Source of the DNA: Mobula hypostoma
Taxonomy: Eukaryota
Assembly (NCBI RefSeq): GCF_963921235.1
Contig: NC_086108.1
Coordinates: forward strand, 61,506,001-61,570,000
DNA length: 64,000 nucleotides
Direction of reading: 5' to 3'
The translations under genes and the position numbers were made by a program. Shown here in pieces: positions 26,111 through 40,016 of the stretch (position 1 is its first letter; every line of letters begins with the position of its first letter). The notes under the pieces are model-generated. The model was not told the origin of the DNA. It saw only the letters and a program-made list of their open reading frames with translations, and did not search any database.

Positions 26111-27990
26111 TCAGTTTGCCATCACCGTGAAGGCAGGGGAAAAGGAGAGGTCGGATCGAGCAGTGGATCAAATGGGGGTTTCTGATGACGCCGTACCCCA
26201 AGTTTACTGTAACCTGACTGCCCTGAAGACAAATCAGCTGCTGGAATTGAGTTCTGGGGAAGTGGCAGCTGCTCAGCGAGATGATCCGGGCATTGGCACT
26301 ATTTGGTCAGCGGATGAAAAGGGAGACATAGCTCAGGCGGAGAAGACGAAACACACTTCGGTGCCTCCATTACTGAAAGAATGACCTCGGTTGGAGTTGA
26401 AGAACCAGACCTTATACCAGGTCATGTCACCCCCGGACTAACCCCGGCGTTGCCAGCTGGTTCTGCCCAAGAAGTATCGGAGGATTGTGTTGAAGTCACT
26501 TCATGATGATTCTGGACATTTGAGGATGGAAAAGACCTATGGATTGCTCAGAGATCAGTTCTACTGGCCCCGAATTAAGTCGGAGGTTGAAGAATACTGC
26601 CAGTCGTGCATTTGCTGCATACGGCGGAAGACACTGCTTATGTGGGTAGCTCCTTTGTCCCACTTGCAGAGTGCAGGGCCCCTGGACCTGGTGTGTATGG
26701 ATTTCCTGTCCATAGAACTCGATGCCACAACACAAGGAATGTCTTAGTCATCACAGACCACTGCATCAGATATGCTCAGGCTTTTCCTACCAAGGACCAG
26801 AGGGCGACTACAGTGGCAAAAGTGTTGTGGAAGAGGTATTTTATTTATTATGGCCTCCCCAGGTGGATACATAGTGACCAGGGATGGGACGTCGAGAGCA
26901 GACTCATCTATGAGTTACTGGGCATGCTTGGAGTTGAGAAATAGAGGACCATGCCCTATCACCCGCAGGGCGATCCCCAGCCTGAGAGGTTTAATTGGAC
27001 CTTACTAGACATGCCTGGGACCCTGGAGATCAGCAAGAAGAGCAGGTGAAGTCAACATATTGGGCATTTGGTTCACTGTTACAACTGTACACGAAATGAA
27101 GCTACTCGCCATATTATCTGATGTTTGGGCATGAGGCAAGGTTGCCCATTGACCTTTGTTTTGGGACTGACAAGGGTGACTTACCACCAAAGCCTTATCT
27201 GAAGTATGTGTCTGATATGAGGGGAGAGCTGAAGAGGGCTTATGAATTAGCTGGGGTCGCGGCCTCCAAGCAGAATTGAGGAAATAAGAGGAGGTACAAT
27301 CAAGCGGTGAGGTTCTCCCAACTCCTACTGGGAGACTGAGTCCTCATAATGAATGTGGGGCTACCTGGAAAAACACAAGTTGGCTGACAGCTGGGTGGCC
27401 ACACCCTATGTGGTGGAGAGTCAGATGCCAAACCTACCGGTTTTCTGGGTGAGACCAGAGGAGGGGAAGGGGCCTGTCAACATTCTCCATCCGAACGACC
27501 TGTTGCCCCAGGACAAGAGGTGTAGGTAGACCCAGAGCCTGACTTGGAGCCAACACCTAATAAGAGGACTCTGCAAAAACATGGGGCAACTGCAGGGCCC
27601 ACAGCAGGAGAGGCTGGACCAGGCCCTGTCCATGAGAAGGATACTGATTCGGAGGATGATGATCTGGATGTGTGGTACATGCTGCCTTTCACTAACTCCC
27701 CATTGACTGAGGCAGAGACTCCTGGCCCTTCTTCCACTGAGTCAGGTGAGGTGGGGGGGTGCTATCTGTGGGCAGCCTGGGTTACAGCAGGACCCTGAAG
27801 GAGAGGAAGCAGGACACGGGACAGGGGGCTCCGAGTGGCAGGGGAACATGAGTGATAGATCAGGGGGAGGACTCGCCAAGTAGGCCCGAAGTATCCCCAG
27901 TAGCGTCTGAGCCTGAAGAGTTAGGTGAGGAGGTATGGAGGTCTCAGAGAATTAGGAGACCACCGGATAGGTTGGCCTACGTAGTGCCTG
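26111..27990 (+). pseudogene. Gypsy pol integrase (HHCC + catalytic core), frameshifted
   Basis: SLHDDSGHL..KTYGLLRDQFYWP..YCQSCICC, LDLVCMDF, VLVITDH, IHSDQG and YHPQGDPQPERFN motifs. Confidence 0.9.
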
Positions 27991-28130
27991 GGTAACAGGG
28001 CGTGATCTCTACTGTTTCAGGGAGCTATGTCACTGTCTTTTGCACCTGGATTGGGCTTTGTGTTTTGCAGGAAGGGTTGGCAAACTATCTCAACGTCATG
28101 AGGACATGACTAAATTTGGTGGGGGAAGAG

Positions 28131-28739
28131 TGAAATGCGCTGTAAGGGTTCACTGCTAATGTAATGGTTTCTTGTAATGTTCACTGCTGAAGTAACGGGT
28201 TCTCTGTAGCAGCAATGTTTGGGTTATGGCTGGAGATAACAGGATTATGGATGCATGTTAGCCAATCAGGATTTTGTTGCCCTGTCTTGTGATTCTGGAA
28301 GCAGTTGATTTTGTGGGCTTTTGCGAGAGGAAGAGAGAGAGATGAAGAGAGAAGACGCGAATGGAGAGATCTGGTAGACTGCTGGACAGGGTGGACTCGG
28401 CGCGGAGGTCCAAAGGTCGGCGACACTTGGAGGAGACCGATGGTGGAAGAAGGACTGCTGAGTGAGCTCCAACCTTGTACACAGACTGCTTATTAATAAA
28501 TCTTATAATATGGGCCCTTTTTCTTTTATATTTTGTTTCTCTACCAACCATATAGTCAAAGTAAGAGTTATAAAGCTTAATCGTTTAATCACATATTGTG
28601 TACCGTTTGTTATTTCGGAGTACTGATTTGTAACAGGGGACACATCGCGCAGTATCCACCCAAATGAGATTTCTTAAGTTTGGTCAGGCAGGGAGTTATC
28701 ACCCCCTATATTAAGCCGCTAGGCAAAGCGAGTGTTACA
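28131..28739 (+). repeat. Gypsy 3' LTR preceded by polypurine tract
   Basis: PPT ggtgggggaagag ends at 28130. The LTR runs TG...GTTACA. Confidence 0.8.
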
Positions 28740-31408
28740 CAAGGGAAAGAGTCAGATGCTCCAAAAGACCAAGTGTAATAATGACAGGTAGAGGATTCAG
28801 AATCGGGATGTGATGATAACTAAACAAATATTGAACTAAGACTGAAAATTATTAAGATTGCTGTGCATCAGTAAGTATAGGACTGTTTGATGGAAGTGCA
28901 GACTGAAATAAGGATGGCTGCATGGAAAAGGTCAGAGGTTATGGTGAGCAGAGTTGTGAAGTCAGCAGAGGGGGCCTAAGAGAAAATAAGCCAACAGACG
29001 TTGCACAGGTGCAAGTTTTAGCAGTAACTATGGTTTAGTCATATCTCAACTAGGGTGTAGATATAGCATTTAATAATCATAATGATAGATAGAAAATAGG
29101 ATTTGAACCTCATCATGGAATCAAATAGGATATCAAGTTCTGATTCAGACAGAACTGACCAATTCAATGGAAGTGGTGAGCTGTCTAAAATCACTTTGAT
29201 GTTACCCATGAAGGATGTGATAAATTTATGATCTGATATTATACTATTAATCTGACAATTGGTTAGGAAATTTAGAAAAATTGGAAGAGGTGGAACAGTG
29301 AATCTTTAGCATGCCACCATGCTAGCAAAGTAAATCATCAACATTCTGCAAATGACAGAAGAGAGCCTTAATGGAGACCTGGAAGAACTTAATGAAGGGT
29401 GAGGGAGAGTTGGGGATTTGAGGAATATCATTTCTCGCCAGAGAATGGTGATCACCTGCCTCACAGTGTGTTGGAAGTGGAGTCACTGACAGCATTTAAG
29501 GAATGTGTTGAGGCGCACCTGAATCACTAAGGCATAGCTGACTATGGCGCAAGTCCTGGAAGATGAGATTAATTACGATGGGTGCTCTCAGACCTGTATG
29601 GATATTGTGGGCCAAATGGCCTGGCTCCACACTGTTTGACTGTGATTCAAGTGAAGCCAGCACTGGATTATATTGGACGGGCAAGAATAGACAGTCTAAC
29701 TGAGTCAGAAATACAATAAACTAGAGGAACAGTTACATCAAAAACTACAGATAAATTAATGAAGATTTTCAAATCAAATTGATACATGGCACTTTGGTAC
29801 TATGACAATCACATTAGTGATAGCCTCTTAACTCTTAAATAAATAAATAAACATCTTATTGTTATAATTTATAGTATTCTTGTGTATTGTGCTGTAATGC
29901 TGACCCAAAACAACAAATTCCATGATCTATGGCAGTGGAATTAAACCTGATTCTGATTCCAAACCCCTTCTGGTATTTAGTCCCATTGAGACTGAATGTC
30001 AACAGGTCATTGATAAGGAATAAGGGGGATATGTGCAGAGGAAATTGAGTGCTTAATTCTACTTTGAGGTGTCACTCATAAATATTTTCCAGCAAGGTGT
30101 TTAGCATGCATATAACTTTGAATATCTGTGATGCATTTGCTCTGAAATTATGCACCAAGTGGCCTTTGGCCACAATAAGATCTTCCAGGTCACTCTGAGA
30201 TTTCTTTTGAAGTCTAACAAGCAAAAAAAACAATTCCATTCATCTCTGTGTTGTTTTGGAGGCCTTGTTCTCCTGCCTCTGTTAGTGATGATTGCTGATG
30301 GTACAAGTATCAATTCTATACCCAGTTTTGTCACCAAGTACTAATTATCTTCATCAGCACCACCTTGAAGACATTGTTCATTATGCCATTGAGTAGGAGC
30401 AGAAGATTGTCCTAAAGCTAGTGCTTATTGCATGAAGGATCAATTCACAATGTCTTTATTGAATTTAAGGGAATATATTATATATTGATATATTTTATTG
30501 TAGAAGGATTCACAACAGAATCTAAATGTATTGTCCATGCCTAATTACCTACATGAATCGAGGTCTGCTCTCTGTTTGGACCTCTGCCATCCTTGTGGGT
30601 GAAGGTACTATTGAACAAAGAGCTTCCAATAAAAGTGAAGGAACTACAATATATTTCCAAGCTAAGCAGTTTGCAACTTGTAGGGGATATTGCAGAGAAA
30701 GATATTACCCTGTGCCATGCTACTCTTATCTTTCCAAGTGTTCAAGCTCCAGGATTGGGGATATTGTTGAATGTGATTAGGAATCCCCAGTTTCTTTTGA
30801 AACCATCCATCAATACCTAAATATGGAGCACACAGACATCTGTGGTCACCAACAAAGGCCATATTATCTACTGTTGATTGTGGATAGGACACCAGGCCAT
30901 CCCACCGGTGGTGCAGGATACACTAACAGGGCAAAAACTGGTAGTTAACACAGCTGCAGACTTTGAGAAGCAAACTGATGGAGAGCTCATTTAGAAAGAT
31001 GAGTGTACTCAGGACACTGGAAAGATATCTGCACAAATCTACCTTCCCAACTCATACATACATTTAGTCAAGGGAGTGCCACTAAATATTGTATGGAGCC
31101 GCCAAACATTAACACTATAGTGTTAAACAAGAGACATATATCATTCCCAGAATTTAAGAAAAGACAGTCTAGCTGACTAGATTAAGAAAAAAGTGCCACT
31201 GATTGCTCTAGCACATACAACGTCAGTTATTTTCTTGATATGTGTTTATAGTGCGTTAAATAATGTTTCACATTAGAGTTCCCAGAAGAGTTAAGGATTG
31301 TGGTGACTTTAAAGATGTTCAAGTACTGCCACATTTCTGCTGGGATTTTTCTGGACATCAGAACACAAGATGTAATAAAATTCTTACATACTCTTTCTCT
31401 CTCGTGAA

Positions 31409-31670
31409 ATAGATTTGATTTGATTAGATTCAACTTTATTGTCATTGTGCCGAGTACAGATACAAAGCCAATGAAATGCAGTTAGCATCTAATCAGAAAT
31501 GCTAAGAATAGTGTTATTTACAAAATAACTGCGAATAAAAAGTAAGTGCTGCAGCACACAAATATAAAAGAACTGAGACAGTACAATATGGGTGTAATAC
31601 TGCATAGCGCTGTGATGTGAGGTTCAGCAGGGTCACAGCCTCAGGGAAGAAGCTCTTCCTGTGCCTGCTG
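31409..31670 (-). mobile_element. Rex1/Babar 3' end
   Basis: RHRKSFFPEAVTLLN on the minus strand. (gattt)n-like tail at 31410-31430. Confidence 0.75.
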
Positions 31671-31776
31671 GATGTGCCTGACGAAGGGTCTCGGCTCAAA
31701 ACGTCAACTGTACCTCTTCCTAGAGTTGCTGCCTGGCCTGCTGTGTTCACCAGCAACTTCTATGTCTGTTGCTTCA
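31671..31776 (+). mobile_element. Penelope pseudo-LTR fragment with a degenerate hammerhead
   Basis: cctgacgaagggtctcggctcaaaacgtcaact has GAAA mutated to AAAA. It is followed by gctgcctggcctgctg..ttcaccagcaact as at 40070-40100. Confidence 0.75.
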
Positions 31777-33324
31777 GTATGAGCCATCCTCTTCTTGGCT
31801 GTCTACATACAGTATTGATTTTAAAAACCCTTCAGGAAGCACCTAACAAATTCAGTCCCAAAGTAAATGCACAACATGTACTTTGCTGCACTGATTTTTC
31901 TTTTTTGGAGGGTCTGTTAGGTTCCTGAATTCTAGATAAGGTTTAGTACAGTTGTCTACATTCATCCATCTGGGATCATATTTAAATTTTGGTTTTAGTA
32001 TAGGTATGAAGACATTTCAGTTGACACTTGTGAACTCAGTGTGAACAATAGCAACTAAAAATATTTACGAAAATATTCTTGGTACAATTAGTCTGAAAAT
32101 AACATGGGCCCTAAAACAAATATTTTTAACAAAGACACTGACCTTTTGATGTGAATTCTAAAAATCAAGCCATAAAAATGGCAATATAGCTTCCTGTTTT
32201 ATATGGGTAAGCTGAATATGTCATACTCCCTGCATAAGTCATGAAGGAATTGCACATGCATTGATTTGAATTAACTATAATTCTTATACAATATTTAAAT
32301 GGAACTCTAACTTTCAGCCCTCCTGCCTAATCAGGATACACAATGTAGATAAACATCTTGATGTTCACTCTGATGTTGTAAATCACTAGCAGATCAACTG
32401 GACACATCTGTATTTAGAAGGTCATGTTCAAATCAGTGGAAAGAAGTAATGATGAAAGACCATCTACAAGAAAACAGCTAGCAATGTTTGGAAGGAAAGA
32501 ACAGAGAAGCAAGTACACTTATATGGTGACTTCCATACTGCTCAAATGTCACAAGGTACTTCACAACCAATATATTATTTCTGAAGTGTAATTTCTGCAG
32601 ACATGGCAGTCAAATTGCAAACAACAGGAATTCATAAACTGCTCATAATTTTCCTGTTAGATTAAATATGTTGTCAATCGGTGAGTGGGAACTGAGGAGA
32701 AGGAGAAACTTTAAACACAGCATTTTATATTCATCTCAACTGGCAGAAGTTGCAATTACCAACAATACAAAATTGCTTCTATTTTGTCAACCTAGACTAA
32801 AGTAATGTTTCAACCCATAATCTGCTGACTTAAAGGTAACAAAGCCAATAGTTCCAGAGATATGGGGACAATGTTTTGAACACTTCTTTGCATTGTAGCT
32901 CTTTGATAATGGAATTGATTTTATTAACTATTCAAGGATTCAAAGTTCATTAATTGGTGAGTATTAAGAAAAACTGATTTCCCTCTTTGATCCAGGTTTT
33001 GCTGTGCCTAGAAGTATCCATTCCACTCTTCTAATTTAAGATGTTAACAATGCTACTGATAAAAAATAATATATTCTGTAAACTGTATATAATTGTAGAA
33101 TTTTCTTTGATGCAATGAAGTGTGAGAAATCTGTGCTTTAGCAATTTTCCAAATTGTTAGTCTGGTCAAAAGACATTTCTCTCAGGAGAGCAGAGATAAG
33201 GAAAGAAAAGGAATGGAAATATATATTTAATGTATATTAGCACTGGTGTACCAAAATATATCACGTTCCTAGATTCCATCCCGACAATGTGCACTTTAGT
33301 TGAGGCAGGAAATTCTATCTATGG

Positions 33325-33900
33325 TACTGATTGACTGGTTGTATCATGGCGTGGTATGGAAACACGAGTACCCTTGAACAGAAAATCCTACAAAAAGTAG
33401 TGGATACGTCCCAGTCCATCATGGGTAAATCCCACCCCATCGTTGAACACATCTACACGGAGCGTAATTGCAGGAAAGCAGCATCCATCACCAGGGACCC
33501 CTATGCAGGCCATGCTCTCTTCTCACTGCTGCTATCAGGAAGAAGATACAGGATTCTCAGGACCCTCACCTCCAGGTTCAGGAACAGTTACCACCCCTCA
33601 AACATCAGGCTGTTGAACCAGTGGCGATAACTTCACTTGCCTCATCACTGAACTGTTACCACAACCTATGGACCCACTTTCAACGACTCTTGTCTCATGT
33701 TCTTGATCATTTTTGCATATTATTTTTTTCTTTTGTACTTGCACATTGGTAATTTATCTGTCCTGTTCGATGCATTCTTCCACTGATTCTATTATGTTTC
33801 TTGGATTTACTGGATACGCCTGCAAAAAAACAAATCTGAGGGCTGTACAGAATATGGGGACATATGCATACTTCGATAATAAACTTAATTTGACCTTTGA
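33325..33900 (+). mobile_element. Rex1/Babar 3' fragment
   Basis: TGCIMAWYGN...RKAASITRDP..GHALFSLLLSGRRYR..RFRNSYHPSNIRLLN, followed by a T-rich UTR. Confidence 0.85.
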
Positions 33901-34531
33901 TTAATCTACCTGAGACAAGGGTAGTGATATTAGTTGGCAGCTGACAGTTGTTTATACAGTACATCCAAGTAATAAATTTGCACTATGTTACACTTCCATC
34001 TATATGCTTCAAGCAATCCTGTTATCTCACTTCAGAGTTATTGCTAGCTTTATTTTTATTTTCCTTCTTTGCAATAAATTACATTAAATATATGACTATT
34101 AGTAGAATTACAAAATTATGTTACAAAGGAGGCAATTTGCTCCATTGTATGTAAACTGATGAATGTATTCCTTTCCAATCCCTTTCCATTGAACCTTTTG
34201 TTTCATTTTCTCCCTCTATAGCTAATCAATTCCCTTTAAAATGATGCATGTAGTAAAAATTCCATGTCATAACAACTTCTACAGGTAATAATTTCTGTTA
34301 AATACTTCATGTGCCAAATAATACATTGGAGACAAAGGCCAGTGCCCTGACACAATCTATCTGACAGTGTGAAAAATTGGCCAGGCATCTCATGTGCATA
34401 AAAAGCAAGACAAATCCAGTCCAGCCATATACTGTTTAATCAGTCAAACATAAACACAGTGATGGAAAGTGTCATTGACAGTCCTATTAAATAGCACTTA
34501 CTTACCAATAACTAGCTCACTGGTGATCAGT

Positions 34532-34653
34532 CGACGTTTCGGGCCGAGACGTCGACTGTACCTCTTCCTGGAGATGCTGCCTGGCCTGCTGCGTTCACCA
34601 GCAACTTTGATGTGTGTTGCTCGAATTTCCAGCATCTGCAGAATTCCTCGTGT
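34532..34653 (+). mobile_element. Short Penelope pseudo-LTR insertion with 5' micro-inversion and 15-bp TSD
   Basis: TSD tcactggtgatcagt at 34517-34531 and 34654-34668. Hairpin cagtcgacgtttcgg-g-ccgagacgtcgactg. Confidence 0.85.
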
Positions 34654-35122
34654 TCACTGGTGATCAGTTTGTGTTTGGTCGGGCCCAACCAGCTCCAATT
34701 TTTTTCAGGTTCAAATATGAACAATAGAACCGAATGAAGCTGGAGTGACTGACCCAAACATCGTGATCCATGTGACCAGGTACTGCATCAAGAAGCCCTC
34801 ATAACACTGATGTCTTAGGAGTTCAGTGCATCAATTTCTTAGCACAAAGGAATATGATTGCATGGATCGGAATCTAATCAGCAGCTCATAAATCAATATA
34901 TGGAAGCTCTTCAATATGGGGCTGATATAATATTTGTATTGAACACTGTTAAGCAACCACCAACAACAAGAAAAATTCTAAACTTACAAAACCTGCTGAA
35001 TTCCCCATCAAAATAAGTTGGAAGTCACTGCCGAGCAGAAATATAACTGGACCAGGCACATAAGTTACGCAGTTACTCGTGCGGATCAGAAACTGGGTAT
35101 CTTCAGCAAATGGCTCATCTCA

Positions 35123-35740
35123 ACATAGAAACATAGAACCACAGAACACTACAGCACAGAAAACAGGCCATTCGTCCCTTCTAGTCTGTGCCAAGTCTTT
35201 ATTCCGCTAGTCTCATTGACCTGCACCCAGTCCATACTCCTCCAGACCTCTCCCATCCATGTATCTATCCAATTCATTCTTAAAATTTAAGAGTGAGCCC
35301 ACATTTACCACATCAGATGCCAGCTCATTCCCCCTAAACCTTACCCCTTCCACCCTAAAGCCATGTCCTCTCGTATTTATCTCTCCCCCTTCATTCTTCT
35401 ACACTCCAGAGAATAAAGTCCTAACCTGTTCAATCTTTCCCTGTAACTCAACTCCTGAAGACCCAGCAACATCCCAGTAAATCTTCTCTGCACTCTTTCA
35501 ATCTTACTGATACCCTTCTTATAGTTAGGTGACCAGAACTGCACACAATACTCCAAATTTGGCCTCACCAATGCCTTATACAACCTCACCATAACATCTC
35601 AACTCCTATACTCAATATTTTGATTTATGAATGCCAGGATACCAAAAGCCTTCTTTACAACCCTGTCTACCTGTGACGCCACTTTGAGGGAATTATGCAT
35701 CTGATCTCCCAGATCCCTTTGTTCCTCCGCACTCTGTCCA
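35123..35740 (-). mobile_element. CR1 3' fragment
   Basis: LYKALVRPNLEYCVQFWSP on the minus strand. (acatagaa)n tail. Confidence 0.85.
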
Positions 35741-38039
35741 TTTAACAGGACGTACCTATGGAAAAGGCTTAAAGCCAAGCACTGAGAAAACTTTTTGTTG
35801 AAATTCATAGCTTCCTATAATTGATATGGAAGATGCAGTTTGGGAAAAGTATTTGCGGGCATGATGAAGGAAGAATTCTGGAATCCAAGACAAGACCTGT
35901 CAGTTCACTGTGGTGCTGCTAGGTTGTAGGTTTGAATACAACAGGTTCTGACTTGATCAGTGCTGCCCCATTGTGAATGCTCGTGAGCATATCCAAGGAT
36001 CAGATTTGTCACTTGGGAACCAGGCAAATCTCAACATCACCATCCAAGGACCAGCGAAATCGGTAGCCTATAACGAGGCATTTTAACGCATCGTGGCCAC
36101 ACCAGCCTCCTGATCAGCAAACCATCCTCCATACATTGGCCAATATGTTTTCTACCATCAACAGAGCATGGGTCAGGATAATGCTGAAGTAATTTGTCTG
36201 AATGAGGTGCAGTTCCCAGACAAAGCAATTGCTTAATTGATATGTTGTACATATCTTCAACTTTCATCAGCTCCTATGGTCACACACTGTAGTTGCAGCA
36301 TGTACAGTATTACCAACAAAATATATTACTACCATTACAACCTTGGCTTCTCTGACAACAACTCTCAAACTTACGATCATGACAAATGGTGCAGCCGTGT
36401 GAACAAGCAAAGAATGGAGGGATGTGGAATATGTGTAGACAGATGCAATTTGTTTAAATTGGCAACAAAGTCAGCACAGATATTGTGGGTTGAAGGCTCT
36501 GCTACAGTGCACACTTTTTAATGTTCAATACACCATATGAAAAAAGTCATGAGCAAAATGCACACGTGAATACCACCTTCTCCAATTTTCCTCCAAACAA
36601 CATTTATCCGTGTTCTGCCACCGTCTCTGGGTGGAAAACTCTATCTATTCATCATACAGATACAATGGCTCAGGAAACTAGCTCACCACAATATTTAGTA
36701 ATTAGGGATGGGCAATGATTACTAGCCTTACCACTGATGCCTGTATTCTAGGAATAAATATTTAAAAATGAGAAATTCTTCAGAGCCAGTCCAATGCTGC
36801 CAAAGTGTGAAAATAAACATTTTTCATAAAATTGAGTAAACTAATTATGCATTTAAGTCTATAACTCAAATGAGAGCAAAGCCTGGTGTCTCATTATATC
36901 TTTTTCTCATGAAGTACTTTGTCATATTAATTGTTCTATAGTTATTGTTAATTGATGCTAGAATTGCTTAATCTTATAGTGATATTAGGAAAGAAGATTT
37001 GGACACAGGGAGAACACGGAGGTGTCATTAATCTTTTATTTGCATACATTTGCTGGAAACAAAGGTACAAAGCAACAGCAGTAGGCGATTAACCCAAATA
37101 AGCCAGATCTACCATTCATTGAGATCATGAACAGCCCCGCAGTGGTGGAAAAATTCCATTGCATACTAAAGGTTCCCACAAACCTAAGCAGCCCCTGAGC
37201 TCCCGAGTTACTAGTGAATGGGAGTCACACTTTATCAGGTTTGAGAATATGGCATCTGGGGTCACATCTGCAATGAAAGAAGGTTGGTGATCCTTAGATG
37301 AAGGATCTCAGAACTGAAATGTTAACTTCACAAGTGTTACCTGATGTGCTGAATGTTCCTAGCATGTGTGGTACTCATTAGTCACAATCATAGGCATCAC
37401 TGGGGTCTATGGAGGGCAGGGGATCATGAATCAGCCACTTCACTAACTCTGACAGCTACATAAGTTCACGAGTACCTCTCATAAGACTACACGTTGTCAA
37501 ATGATTTTCAGAGACTGCATCAGCTGCATTTTCATTTGGGACAAAGGTGGGGGTGGTTCTTGGTTTCAGTGCCCTTGGGTGATCAGGTTGTGGTGAAATA
37601 ACTTCAGAGGATTTCTAGGCTGAGAAGGGTATTGAGCTGATCAGAGGACTGGCTGGATGAAGGATGGTGGAACTCTGGGAGGAAGGTTGTAATTGGAATC
37701 TGGTCTGATGAGAGGAATGGCAGAGCAATTGACTTCGGTAAGGTCAACAATGGATAGGATTGAGGACTGGGTCAGTCAGAACATGGTATAAATATGGCTT
37801 GGGTGATCATGGGGAAGCAACTGGAACAGTTCGCAGATAGAGGGAGGGTGCATAGCATCTAGATTGATTGGGGAGTTGAGAATATCATGTCAGATCATGA
37901 AGCAAAACCTGAAAGTTTTTCAGGCTAGAGCTGATGTAATATTTGTATCACACACCATAAAATAACAATTAAAAATGAAAGAAACTCTGATCACTTCCTG
38001 TTGAACTTCAAAAACAATGGAGTATTGTCTGCATTTTTA

Positions 38040-38500
38040 ATAGCCTAGTTGAAGGAAAGATGTATTATGGTGGAAAGGTGCAGAAAATAACTATAAGGAG
38101 AGCTTGGAATGTAAGGCACTGAGGAGTGATCTTATAGATATGTATAAAATAATCAGCAGCACAAGTCATGATGATGCTCTCCTTCCTCCCAGCTTCCAGC
38201 TAAAACTAAAAGGCATAAGTCTAAGGTGTGATGGGAAAGCTTTACAAGGAACCTGAGAGGCCTATTTTTTCACACATGGAGTGGTGGTATATGGAATGAG
38301 CTGCCAGAAGAAGTGGTAAAGGTGGTTACAATTACAACACTTAGGAGATATTTAGACAGGACCATTGGATAGAAAAGGTTTAGACGGACATGGACCAAAC
38401 ATGGGAAAAGGTTACTGGCTCAGGGAAACATCCTGGTTGACATCGACAAGTTGGGCTGATGGGCCTGTTTATGTGCTGCAGTCTTCTGTCACCATGACTC
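38040..38500 (+). mobile_element. Degraded CR1 3' fragment
   Basis: tggaatgagctgccaga...gggctgatgggcctgtttatgtgctg matches the CR1 3' end pattern seen elsewhere in the window. Confidence 0.7.
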
Positions 38501-38906
38501 TTTGGTATCAAAGATGAGGCTTGGGATCATTGGATGGATGGCCCAAAAGATAAAAGGAAAATACATGACTTACCCTTGTGACATCTCAGTAGAGCTCCAC
38601 ATATTGAGGCCCAGTTATCCTGTGATTTCCCAATCACTACCATATCTGGGAAAACTTATTTCAATTTCCCATGCTACAATGCCTATAAAACATATTTACT
38701 CCCCTTGGAAGTTTTCATGTTTCATTGTTTTACAACATTGAATTACAGTGAATTTAATTTGGCTTTTTTGACACTGATCAACAAAAAAAGACTCTTTTGT
38801 GTCGAAGCGAAAACAAGTCACAAAGTGATCTAAATTAATTCCAACAACACACATCAAAGTTGCTGGTAAACGCAGCAGGCCAGGCAGCATCTATTGGAAG
38901 AGTTTC

Positions 38907-38942
38907 AGTCGACGTTTCAGGCTGAGACCCTTCGTCAGGACT
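38907..38942 (-). ncRNA. Minimal type I hammerhead ribozyme motif (Penelope)
   Basis: Minus strand reads AGTC-CTGACGA-AGG gtctcag CCT-GAAA-CGTC-GACT: helix I AGTC/GACT, core CUGANGA, helix II, GAAA and GUC site. Confidence 0.8.
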
Positions 38943-40016
38943 AACTGAAGGAAGAGTGAGTAAGAGATTTGAAAGTGAGAGGGGGAGGGGGAGATCCAAA
39001 ATGATAGGAGAAGACAGGAGGGGGAGGGATGGATCCAAGAGTTGGACAGGTGATTGGCAAAGGGGATATGAGAGGATCATAGGACAGGAGATCTGGGGAG
39101 AAAGACGGTGGGGGGGAGGGAAAACAGAGGATGGGCAAGGGGTATAGTCAGAGGGACAGAGGGAGAAAAAGGAGAGTGAGAGAAAAAATGTATGTATAAA
39201 AATAAATAACGGATGGGGTACTAGGGGGAGGTGGGGCACTAGGGGAAGTTAGAGAAGTCAATGTTCATGCCATCAGGTTGGAGGCTATCCAGACTGAATA
39301 TAAGATGTTGTTCCTCCAACCTGAGTGTGGCTTCATCCTTACAGTAGAGGAGGCCGTGGATGGACATGTCAGAATGGGAATGGGATGTGGAATTAAAATG
39401 TGTGGCCACTGGGAGATCCTGCTTTCTCTGGCGGACAGAGCGTAGGTGTTCAGCAAAGCGGTCTCCCAGTCTGCGTCAGGTCTCGACGCAGACTGGGAGA
39501 CTGCTTTGCTGAACACCTACGCTCTGTCCGCCAGAGAAAGCAGGATCTCCCAGTGGCCACACATTTTAATTCCACATCGCATTCCCATTCTGACATGTCT
39601 ATCCACGGCCTCCTCTGCTGTAAAATGAAGCCACACTCAGGTTGGAGGAACAACACCTTATATTCCGTTTGGGTAGCTGCCAACCTGAAGGCATGAACAT
39701 TGACTTCTCTAACTTCTACTAATGCCCCACCTCTCCCTCGTACCCCATCCATTATTTATTTATATACATATATTCTTTCTCTCTCTCTCTTTTTTCTCCC
39801 TGTGTCCCTCTGACTATACCCCTTGCCCATCCTCTGTTTCCCCCCCCCCACCGTCTTTCTCCCCGGATCTCCTGTCCCATGATCCTCTCATATCCCCTTT
39901 GCCAATCACCTGTCCAACTCTTGGCTCCATCCCTCCCCCTCCTGTCTTCTCCTATCATTTTGGATCTCCCCCTCCCCCTCTCACTTTCAAATCTCTTACC
40001 AACTCTGCCTTCAGTT

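Larger units (their letters stand above)
24548..28739. mobile_element. Rearranged Gypsy/Ty3 LTR retrotransposon
   Basis: RT on minus (SPIVVTRKKNG..VDYRTLN, LDLRSGYYQI, MPQGISGAPATFQ, YLDD), integrase on plus, PPT and 3' LTR. CAAG flanks both ends (24544-24547, 28740-28743). Confidence 0.92.

Noticed and set aside
28744..29420. Possible ancient L2 fragment flanking the Gypsy
   Set aside because: Purine-rich and suggestive, but no motif could be read with confidence.
34915..35120. Open minus frame ending at GTAAGT (possible exon)
   Set aside because: Adjacent sequence resembles 37928-38010, suggesting a repeat. The upstream side abuts a CR1 tail with no credible acceptor.
37290..37365. Additional hammerhead-like remnants (also ~24243 and ~62532)
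   Set aside because: Core and helices are too decayed to call ribozymes. They are only old pseudo-LTR remnants.
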